From positions 2,160,001 to 2,192,000 of the forward strand of contig NZ_CP088239.1 in assembly GCF_021054785.1 (NCBI RefSeq): 32,000 nucleotides of DNA, written 5' to 3'. The position numbers were made by a program, and so were the translations under genes. The notes beneath the pieces were generated by a model. It did no database searches and was not told the DNA's origin. It saw only the letters and a list, made by a program, of their open reading frames with translations. Below are positions 8,127-15,664 of this stretch, one piece after another; positions within the stretch are counted from its first letter, which is position 1; the number at the start of each line of letters is the position of its first letter. This stretch comes from Tannockella kyphosi (GTDB lineage: Bacteria > Bacillota_I > Bacilli_A > Erysipelotrichales > Coprobacillaceae).

Positions 8127-9227
8127 ATGATTAAAATTAAAATAGGTGATATTTTTAACTCTGATAAAGAAGTTCTAGTTAATACTGTCAATTGTGTAGG
8201 TGTTATGGGGAAAGGCATTGCTCAAGTATATAAGAAACAATTCCCTAAAATGTTTGATGAGTATAAAGAACAATGCGATAAAAAGCAAATTATCATAGGA
8301 GAAAATTATCCTTATTATGAAAATGGGAAAGTAAGGATTATCAATTTTCCCACAAAACAACATTGGCGTTCTTCCTCAAAGTTGGAATATATTGTTTCTG
8401 GCTTAGATTGGTTTGTCGAAAATTATGGAAAATTGGAAATCAGCTCTATTGCATTCCCTCCTTTAGGGTGTGGGAATGGAGGATTAGACTGGTTAACAGT
8501 GGGACCAATCATGTACCAAAAATTGATAGATTTACCAATTGAAATAGAAATTTATGCGCCATTTGGTACAAGTAGTGATCAACTATCTGAACAGTTTTTG
8601 ACTAAACTGCCAGAGAATCCTCTAAAAGAAGGAATTATTCATGAAAAGATGAATGAAAACTGGTTTTTAGTTTTATATTTAGTGTCATACCTATCAAAAT
8701 CAAAGTATTCTATAAAGGTAGGAAGAACAATCTTTCAAAAAATATGTTATGTATTATCAAGGTCTGGTACAGACTTAGGACTTGAGTTTATAAAAGGAAC
8801 ATATGGACCATATTCACCCGACATAAAGAAAATGCTTACGATATTATCGAACAATAATTTAATTTGTGAAATAGAACAAGGCAACATGATATTATTATCC
8901 GTGAACAAGAATTTTACAATTGATCCCGATATGTTTTCGCAAAAAGACAAAGAAAATGTTAACAGTGTATTTCAATTGTTTCGTAGGTTGAAAGATACTC
9001 AGCAATCTGAATTGGTTACAACGATTTTATATTCTTTTGATCAATTACAACTTTATGATGAGAATGTAACGGAAAATAAGCTATTTGAGTATATTGCAGA
9101 ATGGAAAAATAGATATGATAATGATGATTATGAAAAAAGAATTAGAGAATTATCGAGAGATTTGACATCGATGGGATTAATGGATGTTAATTATTCAAAG
9201 GATTATAAGGAGTACGATTTTATATAA
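8127..9227 (+). CDS. darG: DarG-like antitoxin: N-terminal macrodomain (DNA ADP-ribosyl glycohydrolase) plus a C-terminal toxin-binding domain
   Basis: 366 aa. VLVNTVNCVGVMGKGIA, INFPTKQHWRSSS and AFPPLGCGNGGL match the DarG macrodomain signature. The C-terminal half (IFQKICYVLSRSG...GTYGPYSPD) looks DUF4065/Panacea-like. There is a 20-nt gap after darT. Confidence 0.85.
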   Translation: MIKIKIGDIFNSDKEVLVNTVNCVGVMGKGIAQVYKKQFPKMFDEYKEQCDKKQIIIGENYPYYENGKVRIINFPTKQHWRSSSKLEYIVSGLDWFVENYGKLEISSIAFPPLGCGNGGLDWLTVGPIMYQKLIDLPIEIEIYAPFGTSSDQLSEQFLTKLPENPLKEGIIHEKMNENWFLVLYLVSYLSKSKYSIKVGRTIFQKICYVLSRSGTDLGLEFIKGTYGPYSPDIKKMLTILSNNNLICEIEQGNMILLSVNKNFTIDPDMFSQKDKENVNSVFQLFRRLKDTQQSELVTTILYSFDQLQLYDENVTENKLFEYIAEWKNRYDNDDYEKRIRELSRDLTSMGLMDVNYSKDYKEYDFI

Positions 9228-9256
9228 AATAAGTAAATGCATTGAATTCTCATTGT

Positions 9257-9300
9257 TTACAATAACCTAGCAGAATGCTTACTTCTTTAGGGATGGGATT
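9257..9300. repeat. Copy A of a 44-bp direct repeat flanking the hipA-like gene
   Basis: TTACAATAACCTAGCAGAATGCTTACTTCTTTAGGGATGGGATT matches 10951-10994 at 34 of 44 positions, with the core AGCAGAATGC..ACT.CTTTAGG..TGGGAT. Confidence 0.5.
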
Positions 9301-9338
9301 TACTTTTAGAAATAATAGATAAAATCTAAATCAGTATA

Positions 9339-9372
9339 GGGGTATTCATCGTAGGATGATTGCCCCTTTTTG
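9339..9372 (+). terminator. Rho-independent terminator after darG
   Basis: GGGGTATTCATC, loop GTAG, GATGATTGCCCC (two mismatches), followed by TTTTTG. Confidence 0.6.
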
Positions 9373-9541
9373 TTTAGTAAATGTAGATAAATAGTTTTAT
9401 CCTTAAGTTAGTGTAAGCCATCTGTATTCTTGCTAGTCACCCTATTGAGATGAATACATAATTAATGTATACTATAAGTAGTAATGAATGTGATTAATAG
9501 GGATAAAACAGGATATAATATCTTGAAGAAAGAGAGGTTCT

Positions 9542-10669
9542 ATGGACTATATATTGAAAAGATTTGATGAAAATTTAATATATTTTTCTATGGAAACGAC
9601 AGATGATGGAATTGCAGTTGATATTAAAACTATAAATCATAAATTAGTTCCTATGTTGCCGTTGGATATGAGTAGTGATAATAAGTCATTAAAAAGATGG
9701 TTGGAAAAAAGGACAATACCAAGGAATAGAGCATATGTTACAAACTTTTTATCTAAGATGGATCTGAATGAAAAAGATACAAAAGGTATCATTGATATAT
9801 GTTTAGGATTATCTTTGAATGATTGTTATTGGGTAGTAAAAGAAGGTTGTGAAGATAGTTTTGAAAAAAAGAACTTATATATCAATTCTTTCAATACAAC
9901 CATTGCATCGATTGCATTTACAGGATATGGAAATAATACAAGAACATCCTTTCAATCATCTCCAGAATTTACTACCAATGGTATGCTTGCTAAGTCTTGG
10001 CGTAGACTAAACGGAAAAATAGTGTTATTTAAATCAGGTACAGAAGGTTTTGCAAATAGTGGTTTAGAACCATATTCAGAGTTTTATGCTAGTGAAGTTG
10101 CAAGAGCAATGGGACTGAATCATATAGATTATAATTTATCTAGATGGAAAAAGAGAATGTGTTCGACATGTGAGTTATTTACAGATTTAAATGTTTCTTT
10201 TATTTCCATAGGAAGATTGGTAAAAAGCGGAGGTATGAAAGCTGTAGAAGATTACTATTTAGAGCTAGGTGATGAGTTTTATCAAGAATTAATAGATATG
10301 TTAGTGTTTGATGCAATCATATTAAATGAGGATCGTCATTTAGGTAATTTTGGATTATTAATAGATAATAGAACAAATAAAATTATTGCTCCGGCACCTA
10401 TCTTTGATAATGGGTTATCATTATTGTGTTATGCCATGGATAGTGATTTTGAAAACATAGATGAGTATGTAAAAACAAGAAGACCAGCGTGTTATCAAGA
10501 CTTTATAGAACATGTGAAACCTTTCATAACACATAGGCAAAGAATGAAATTAAGGAAATTATTAGATTTTCATTTTGATACGAAAACAAGGTATAAATTG
10601 AATAATAAAAGGTTGAAGAAATTAGAAATAATTATGAAACAAAGAGCAATCTTATTATTAGATGATTAA
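9542..10669 (+). CDS. HipA-like serine/threonine kinase with no adjacent HTH/HipB partner
   Basis: 375 aa. Catalytic-loop motif NEDRHLGNFG (D-x-H-x-x-N), a downstream IFDNG Mg-binding-type Asp, and a P-loop-like TTNGMLAKSW. RBS AGAGAGG. Confidence 0.7.
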   Translation: MDYILKRFDENLIYFSMETTDDGIAVDIKTINHKLVPMLPLDMSSDNKSLKRWLEKRTIPRNRAYVTNFLSKMDLNEKDTKGIIDICLGLSLNDCYWVVKEGCEDSFEKKNLYINSFNTTIASIAFTGYGNNTRTSFQSSPEFTTNGMLAKSWRRLNGKIVLFKSGTEGFANSGLEPYSEFYASEVARAMGLNHIDYNLSRWKKRMCSTCELFTDLNVSFISIGRLVKSGGMKAVEDYYLELGDEFYQELIDMLVFDAIILNEDRHLGNFGLLIDNRTNKIIAPAPIFDNGLSLLCYAMDSDFENIDEYVKTRRPACYQDFIEHVKPFITHRQRMKLRKLLDFHFDTKTRYKLNNKRLKKLEIIMKQRAILLLDD

Positions 10670-10743
10670 TAATAGTTCTGGGTCATAGAACAAAGAAGAG
10701 TGTTAACAAAAAATAGTATAAAAGAATAAATAGAAATCAATAT

Positions 10744-10781
10744 CATAAAGAGTATTCATCATTTGATGAATACTCTTTATG
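10744..10781 (+). terminator. Perfect 17-bp-stem hairpin after the hipA-like gene
   Basis: CATAAAGAGTATTCATC (10744-10760), loop ATTT, GATGAATACTCTTTATG (10765-10781). The T-tract is weak. Confidence 0.55.
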
Positions 10782-10911
10782 ATTTGGGCATTGATGTGGT
10801 TCTTATATGTACGCTATAAGTGGTAGCGAACCTTAATAAATCATTATCTAATAACATATCTATAATTTGCATTTTATTACTGCCTTCGCATAAGACAAGA
10901 ATCTTATTCAT
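10777..10911 (-). pseudogene. Truncated N-terminus of a small Toprim-like gene, fused to unrelated sequence
   Basis: Minus-strand 44-codon ORF with an RBS AAGGAA: MNKILVLCEGSNKMQIIDMLLDNDLLRF, then read-through (ATTYSVHIRTTSMPKS) across the antisense of the mglC-like scrap. The hydrophobic-CEG-x-x-E start is Toprim-like. It is too short to be in the ORF track. Confidence 0.3.
10786..10831 (+). pseudogene. 46-bp scrap homologous to an internal part of mglC
   Basis: GGGCATTGATGTGGTTCTTATAT + GTACGCTATAAGTGGTAGCGAAC matches mglC 4833-4855 and about 4882-4905. The intervening roughly 25 nt are deleted between TATAT repeats. Confidence 0.5.
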
Positions 10912-10950
10912 TCATTAGTTCCTTTTTTAAACACATCAATGATTCATAAC

Positions 10951-10994
10951 TTACAGAAAACAAGCAGAATGCCCACTCCTTTAGGAGTGGGATG
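10951..10994. repeat. Copy B of the 44-bp direct repeat flanking the hipA-like gene
   Basis: TTACAGAAAACAAGCAGAATGCCCACTCCTTTAGGAGTGGGATG. It contains a perfect 8-bp hairpin, CCCACTCC-TTTA-GGAGTGGG (10972-10991). Confidence 0.5.
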
Positions 10995-11128
10995 AATGTG
11001 TAAACACATTGCCAAAATACAGTCCTAGTGGCATAATGCAAAAAATAAAAGGGAAAAGTGGGTTGATATTAAGAAATGAATTTTTAGGATGACAAGCGGG
11101 AAACCTCGGTAATTCAATTGTCGAGTAG
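10955..11128 (+). pseudogene. Decayed fragment of an IS200/IS605-type Y1 transposase (tnpA)
   Basis: A single frame reads QAECPLL*EWDECVNTLPKYSPSGIMQKIKGKSGLILRNEFLG*... This is collinear with the TnpA segment E-x-x-x-PDHIHMLVSIPPKYSVSxxMGYLKGKSSLMIF, with in-frame stops. There is no N-terminal half and no start codon. Confidence 0.55.
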
Positions 11129-11263
11129 TTCACATATTATATGCATTATTCATTATTTTATAACAATAGTTCTAGGATCATATAAAGAAGGTTTTGTTTT
11201 CTTATACCTTTGTATTATATCTAATAACCTATGTTCATTAAGTAACTGTAATAGAATAAACTA

Positions 11264-11968
11264 TTATATGTATGGAACTGATTCTTTAAATTGTTGATAA
11301 TAACGAAAAGCTTCTGCTCTTTTACGTTGACTAGCACGTAAGATAGTCCCATCATCTAAATGATAATCAATTCCATTACTTGATACTATTTTATCTACAT
11401 TTATTAATAGACTTTGAGAAATACTAATAAAACCATGAATACATAATAATTCATCATACTGTCTATAGAAACGATACTCTCCTACATAACTAGTATCTTT
11501 TGTATGAACATATACTTTACCGTAGTTAGATTCTAAATAATAGACGGAATCAGTATCAATATATCGTATTCTTCTTCTCTCATTCACTCTAATATATCTA
11601 GGTTTTATTCTAGTAGCATCCATATGATATACTAGCGTATCGTAGATACGCTGGCTATCATATGGTTTGGTTAGGATATCGAAGTTATTTAATGGAATGT
11701 AGTCATTACGTGATGTGAGAAGCACGATAGCACAGTTAGGTAATAGTTCTTGGATTGTTTTAAAAGTAACTAGATCAGTGCTAGATTCTTCTAGGTAAGC
11801 GATTCTAAAGTCTACACCATCATACATATATTCAATAAATTCTTTGTTATCATCAAATTGATATACAAATACATCTTCTTTCTTTGTTGGATAGAAATAA
11901 TGTTTACATATTTCATCAGATAGAGTTTTTTGATCGATAAGATAACGATCCACAATAGCAACTTTCAT
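11264..11968 (-). CDS. LytTR-family DNA-binding regulator with an atypical (pseudo-)receiver domain
   Basis: 234 aa. The C-terminal LytTR-type domain reads IRVNERRRIRYIDTDSVYYLESNYGKVYVHT...FISISQSLLINVDKI. The N-terminal CheY-like fold retains T (LLTS) and K (TKP), but Glu sits where the phospho-Asp is expected (IAYLEESS). No kinase gene is nearby. Confidence 0.75.
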   Translation of the reverse strand: MKVAIVDRYLIDQKTLSDEICKHYFYPTKKEDVFVYQFDDNKEFIEYMYDGVDFRIAYLEESSTDLVTFKTIQELLPNCAIVLLTSRNDYIPLNNFDILTKPYDSQRIYDTLVYHMDATRIKPRYIRVNERRRIRYIDTDSVYYLESNYGKVYVHTKDTSYVGEYRFYRQYDELLCIHGFISISQSLLINVDKIVSSNGIDYHLDDGTILRASQRKRAEAFRYYQQFKESVPYI

Positions 11969-12039
11969 ATAGCAAGTCTCCCTTATAATACAGAATGTTC
12001 ACTATTATACTAAACTAGAAAAAGAAAGCAAGAAATTTG

Positions 12040-12396
12040 TCATAAAAACGAAAAGAAAACCAGCGTATCAATGATACGCTGGCTATCGTAAGGCTTTAGT
12101 AGTACTTCGAAGTTATTGAACGGGATGTAGTCCTCATTGGCTGTAATTAGTATAATAGTACAATAAGGTAATAACTCCTTCATTGCCTCAAATGTATTTG
12201 AGTCAATGCTTGATACTTCTAGATAAACTATTTGGTAATCATCTCCATGATATAGAGATTCAATGAATTTTTTATTATCATTATATTGACTAATAAATAC
12301 ATTGTTTTTCTTTATAGGACAAAGACAATGTTCAAATATTTTATTAACTAGAATTTCTTGATCACTGAAATGATGATCTAAAATAGCTACTTGCAT
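12040..12396 (-). pseudogene. Truncated paralogue of the LytTR regulator (pseudo-receiver domain only)
   Basis: 118 aa, about 55-60% identical by eye to residues 1-113 of the neighbour. Homology stops after DSQRIIDTLV and the ORF ends in junk (FFSFL*). The LytTR domain is missing. The upstream regions of the two genes are also homologous (11969-12047 vs 12397-12477). Confidence 0.6.
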
Positions 12397-12460
12397 ATAT
12401 TTTATTTCCCCCCTTTAATATAGAACGCTCTCTATTATACAAAAAGAGAAATTAATTACA

Positions 12461-12488
12461 AGAAAATTGTCATAAAATGTGAACCAAT
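12461..12488. repeat. Left copy of the 28-bp target-site duplication of the IS
   Basis: AGAAAATTGTCATAAAATGTGAACCAAT, identical to 14019-14046. Confidence 0.8.
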
Positions 12489-14018
12489 ACTGATTAACTT
12501 ATGATAATGTCTTAGTAGTTATCTTTTGAAAATGTCTCAAAAAACTATATACTATCACTGAGGTGATGATAAATGAAAAAGGTGGATCTAAGAATGAATG
12601 AACAACAAAAATATGAAGTAATTAAAAACCTAGTGGATAACAACGGAAATAAAAATAGCGCTGCTGTTACACTAGGCTTATCAAGGCGTCAAATTGATCG
12701 TCTTATTGTAAATTATAAAGAGAAAGGTAAATCTAGTTTTGTGCATGGCAACCGTTCAAAGAAACCTAGTACATCGATAGATGTATCAATCTCTACTAGG
12801 ATTATACAACTTTATAAAGAAAAATACTATGATTGTAACTTCAATCATTTTAAAGATTTATTAAATGATTGGGAAAATATCCAAGTATCTTATAACTATT
12901 TATATAAACTTCTTATGAAGGAGAATATTCATTCTCCTAGAATAAGGAAACTGACAAGAAAAGCTATGAAGAAAAAAGAACTGTTGCTTTTAAAACAAAA
13001 CCAAGAAAAAACAGAAGAAGATATAGATATTATGGTTAATCATCTAATAGATATTGAAGATAGTCATCCTAGACAAGAAAAACCAAAATACTTTGGAGAA
13101 ATCATTGAGATGGATGGCTCTATCCATCCTTGGTTTGGATTAAATAAAGCTTGTTTGCATCTAGCTATTGATGTTTGTACCGGTACCATCGTTGGTGGAT
13201 ATTTTCAAGAACAAGAGACATTACGTGGTTATTATCATGTTTATAAGCAAATATTAACGGATTATGGCATTCCTTATCAGTTTAAAACGGATAATCGTAC
13301 TGTATTTCACTATGAATCTATCAACAAGTCGAAACGTACTTCTGATAAAGATGTCCTAACTCAATTTGGTTATGCCTGTAAACAGTTTGGTACTGATATT
13401 GTTACTACCAGTGTTGCACAAGCTAAGGGTACCATAGAAAGAGCCAATGGAACATTTCAAGGAAGGCTGGTACAAGAACTTAGAATGAAGGGGATTACTA
13501 CAATGAAAGAAGCAAATAAGTATCTAACAAAGTATTTCATTCCTGACTTCAATAAAAGGTTTGCACTAAATTATAAAAAGTTCCCTAGTGTCATGGAAGA
13601 AAAACCAACACAAGAAAAGATCAATTATACTCTAGCAATATTAACACCTAGAAAAATAGACAGAGGAAGTGCTATTAAATATTTTAATAATACTTACCAA
13701 GTGTATGATAAAGACTCTAAGTTACAATGCTTTATGCCTAAAACGGAATGTTTAGTTATCAAAGCTTTTGATGGAACCTTACTTGTAACAGTTGATGAAG
13801 CAGTGTATCAATTAAAGAAATTAGAAAGTCATAAAAAAGTATCCGAAAATATCGATTTTGTAGAAGAAGAAAAACCAAAGAATGTTTACATACCTCCAAT
13901 GACTCATCCTTGGAAGAAGGCGTCCTTTGATAGACAAGTGAAAAAAGCACATACACAACGTGTATATGCTTAACGCAAATGTTTTCATTAAAACGAGACA
14001 TTTTCAAAAGTTATTGAC
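12489..14018 (+). mobile_element. Complete IS1202-group (ISNCY-type) insertion sequence, about 1530 bp
   Basis: One transposase ORF. Imperfect terminal inverted repeats of about 23 bp: 12490-12513 (CTGATTAACTTATGATAATGTCTT) against the reverse complement of 13995-14018 (GTCAATAACTTTTGAAAATGTCTC), 18 of 24 matching. These abut perfect 28-bp direct repeats. As I recall it, IS1202 has about 23-bp imperfect IRs, a 27-bp duplication and a roughly 54-kDa transposase. Confidence 0.75.
12573..13973 (+). CDS. IS1202/ISNCY-type DDE transposase (HTH + rve-like integrase core)
   Basis: 466 aa. N-terminal HTH (AAVTLGLSRRQIDRLI). DDE candidates are EMDGS, KTDNRTVF and TIERANGTFQ. RBS GAGGTG. Confidence 0.8.
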   Translation: MKKVDLRMNEQQKYEVIKNLVDNNGNKNSAAVTLGLSRRQIDRLIVNYKEKGKSSFVHGNRSKKPSTSIDVSISTRIIQLYKEKYYDCNFNHFKDLLNDWENIQVSYNYLYKLLMKENIHSPRIRKLTRKAMKKKELLLLKQNQEKTEEDIDIMVNHLIDIEDSHPRQEKPKYFGEIIEMDGSIHPWFGLNKACLHLAIDVCTGTIVGGYFQEQETLRGYYHVYKQILTDYGIPYQFKTDNRTVFHYESINKSKRTSDKDVLTQFGYACKQFGTDIVTTSVAQAKGTIERANGTFQGRLVQELRMKGITTMKEANKYLTKYFIPDFNKRFALNYKKFPSVMEEKPTQEKINYTLAILTPRKIDRGSAIKYFNNTYQVYDKDSKLQCFMPKTECLVIKAFDGTLLVTVDEAVYQLKKLESHKKVSENIDFVEEEKPKNVYIPPMTHPWKKASFDRQVKKAHTQRVYA

Positions 14019-14046
14019 AGAAAATTGTCATAAAATGTGAACCAAT
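14019..14046. repeat. Right copy of the 28-bp target-site duplication of the IS
   Basis: AGAAAATTGTCATAAAATGTGAACCAAT, identical to 12461-12488. The flanking sequences differ. Confidence 0.8.
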
Positions 14047-14213
14047 TATAATAATCTCTTTATAACATATAACTTATTCTCTTTTTACGCTAAATAAACT
14101 TGGTCACAATGTCCTATTGTTCATTTCAAAAGAACTTTGTGTAATAGGAGTGCTTTATAAGAGATAATTTATCTTTCAGTTTTATGAATAGTTATTTTAT
14201 CAAATTATAGGAT

Positions 14214-14287
14214 ATAATAGCATATTTAGAGAAGTTTTCTCTAAATATGCTATTATTATTGACTGAATAACATTACTATAGTAATAT
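14214..14287 (+). promoter_or_regulatory. 20-bp-stem hairpin followed by a predicted sigma-A promoter of the ATPase-RloB cassette
   Basis: Perfect inverted repeat 14214-14233 / 14237-14256 (ATAATAGCATATTTAGAGAA GTT TTCTCTAAATATGCTATTAT). Then TTGACT (14259-14264), a 17-nt spacer, and TAATAT (14282-14287). Confidence 0.45.
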
Positions 14288-14315
14288 TTATGTAATAAGA
14301 AGAGGAGGGTTTAAG

Positions 14316-15662
14316 ATGTTAATTAAATTATCGGTTAGTAATTTTTTATCATTTAATGATGAAATAGACTTAAGTATGATAACTTCGAGTAAAATCCAGA
14401 CTTCACAAGAACATAAAATGGAAATTGGGGGAGCTTCCATACTAAAACATGCAGTAGTGTATGGAGCAAATGCTTCTGGGAAATCGAACTTAATAGAAGT
14501 TCTTTCATTTATGAAAAGTAGTATATGTGATAATATGCCACGAAATTCTTCAAGTATGTTTTGTAGAACTCAAAAAGAGAATGAAAATAAACCAAGTGTT
14601 TTTGAAACAACTTTCGCTATTGGAAATAAAGTATATGCATATGGTTTTTCTTCCATTCTAAGTCAAAGAATTATTAGTGAGGAATGGTTATACCAATTAA
14701 ATAAAAATGGTAGTTCGAAAAATGTATTTCATAGAGAAGAGGGGAAGAAACCAGTAATAGGAATAAAACTTGCCAAGAATGATCAAGTGCGCATGGAAAC
14801 TTATTTAGGTGATTTCAATGAAACATCTAATTTATTGTTTTTAACTTTTATGAATAATGGGAAAAACTATTCACAGGGAACTAAGCTTTCTATCTTTAAG
14901 GATGTTTACAATTGGTTTTATGAAGGAGTGGAAATATTTAAAGCTGATGTACCTATAACGGATTTTAGGTATTACTATGATGAAGCGTCATTATCTTTCA
15001 TAAATAAACTAATTACAACTTTTGATACTGGTATATCTTGTATAAATATAGAAGAAATATCTTATGAAGAAGTAAGCAAAGAAATATCGAAAGATATATT
15101 AGTGAATATAGTAACGGATATCTTAAAGAAAACAAACGAGAGTGGAAATCAAGAAATAAAAGTATCACTAAGATCGAGAAAGAGTTTCTTTAACATTGAA
15201 TGTTCGAAAGATGGAACTATTTTATTTACAACTATTAAGTTAGAACACATAAATTCACAGTATCATTTTGATTTTAAAGAAGAGTCAGATGGAACTAGAA
15301 GATTACTAGATTTATTAGATATGCTTCTAGAAAAGAAGGAGAATAAAATATATATTGTTGATGAATTAGAGCGTAGTTTGCATCCAAAACTTACTTATCA
15401 ATTTTTACAATTGTTCCACCAACAAAACTTTTCTAAGCGAACACAATTAATCTTTACAACACATGAATCGTCTATTATGGATGCAGATCTATTTAGAAGA
15501 GATGAAATATGGTTTGTAGAAAGAGATAAAAATAATTGTAGTAAAATATACTCTTTAGATCGTTTTAAAGAACGATATGATACTTTTTTAAGTAAAGCAT
15601 ATTTATCTGGAAGATATGGTGCTATACCAATATTTAAAGATTTTGAGAATAGGCAGGTCTGA
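14316..15662 (+). CDS. ABC-type (AAA_21-like) ATPase, partner of the RloB-like protein
   Basis: 448 aa. Walker A YGANASGKSN, signature-like ESDGTRRLL, Walker B IYIVDELERSLHP, H-loop TTHES. The C-terminus reads RRDEIWFVERD...AYLSGRYGAIPIFKDF. RBS GAGGAGGG. Confidence 0.8.
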   Translation: MLIKLSVSNFLSFNDEIDLSMITSSKIQTSQEHKMEIGGASILKHAVVYGANASGKSNLIEVLSFMKSSICDNMPRNSSSMFCRTQKENENKPSVFETTFAIGNKVYAYGFSSILSQRIISEEWLYQLNKNGSSKNVFHREEGKKPVIGIKLAKNDQVRMETYLGDFNETSNLLFLTFMNNGKNYSQGTKLSIFKDVYNWFYEGVEIFKADVPITDFRYYYDEASLSFINKLITTFDTGISCINIEEISYEEVSKEISKDILVNIVTDILKKTNESGNQEIKVSLRSRKSFFNIECSKDGTILFTTIKLEHINSQYHFDFKEESDGTRRLLDLLDMLLEKKENKIYIVDELERSLHPKLTYQFLQLFHQQNFSKRTQLIFTTHESSIMDADLFRRDEIWFVERDKNNCSKIYSLDRFKERYDTFLSKAYLSGRYGAIPIFKDFENRQV

Positions 15663-15664
15663 TT

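Noticed and set aside
8009-8950. Three minus-strand ORFs (8009-8218, 8175-8363, 8747-8950) overlapping darT/darG
   Set aside because: All are antisense to ORFs with clear DarT/DarG motifs. None has an RBS or a recognisable motif.
10972-10991. Perfect 8-bp hairpin CCCACTCC-TTTA-GGAGTGGG, considered as an IS200/IS605 end hairpin (TnpA recognition structure)
   Set aside because: It lies inside the decayed tnpA reading frame, at the position of the PDHIH segment, not at an element end. The copy at 9281-9298 does not fold. There is no tnpB or second end nearby.
12523-12538. Inner copy of CTTTTGAAAATGTCTC, first taken as the left terminal inverted repeat of the IS
   Set aside because: That reading would leave 34 unexplained bp between the direct repeat and the IS. 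Re-aligning showed that the true about 23-bp IR starts at 12490, directly next to the 28-bp duplication. The inner copy is kept only as a possible sub-terminal repeat.
13759-14007. 82-aa minus-strand ORF at the 3' end of the IS transposase
   Set aside because: It is antisense to the transposase and crosses the right IR. There is no support beyond length.
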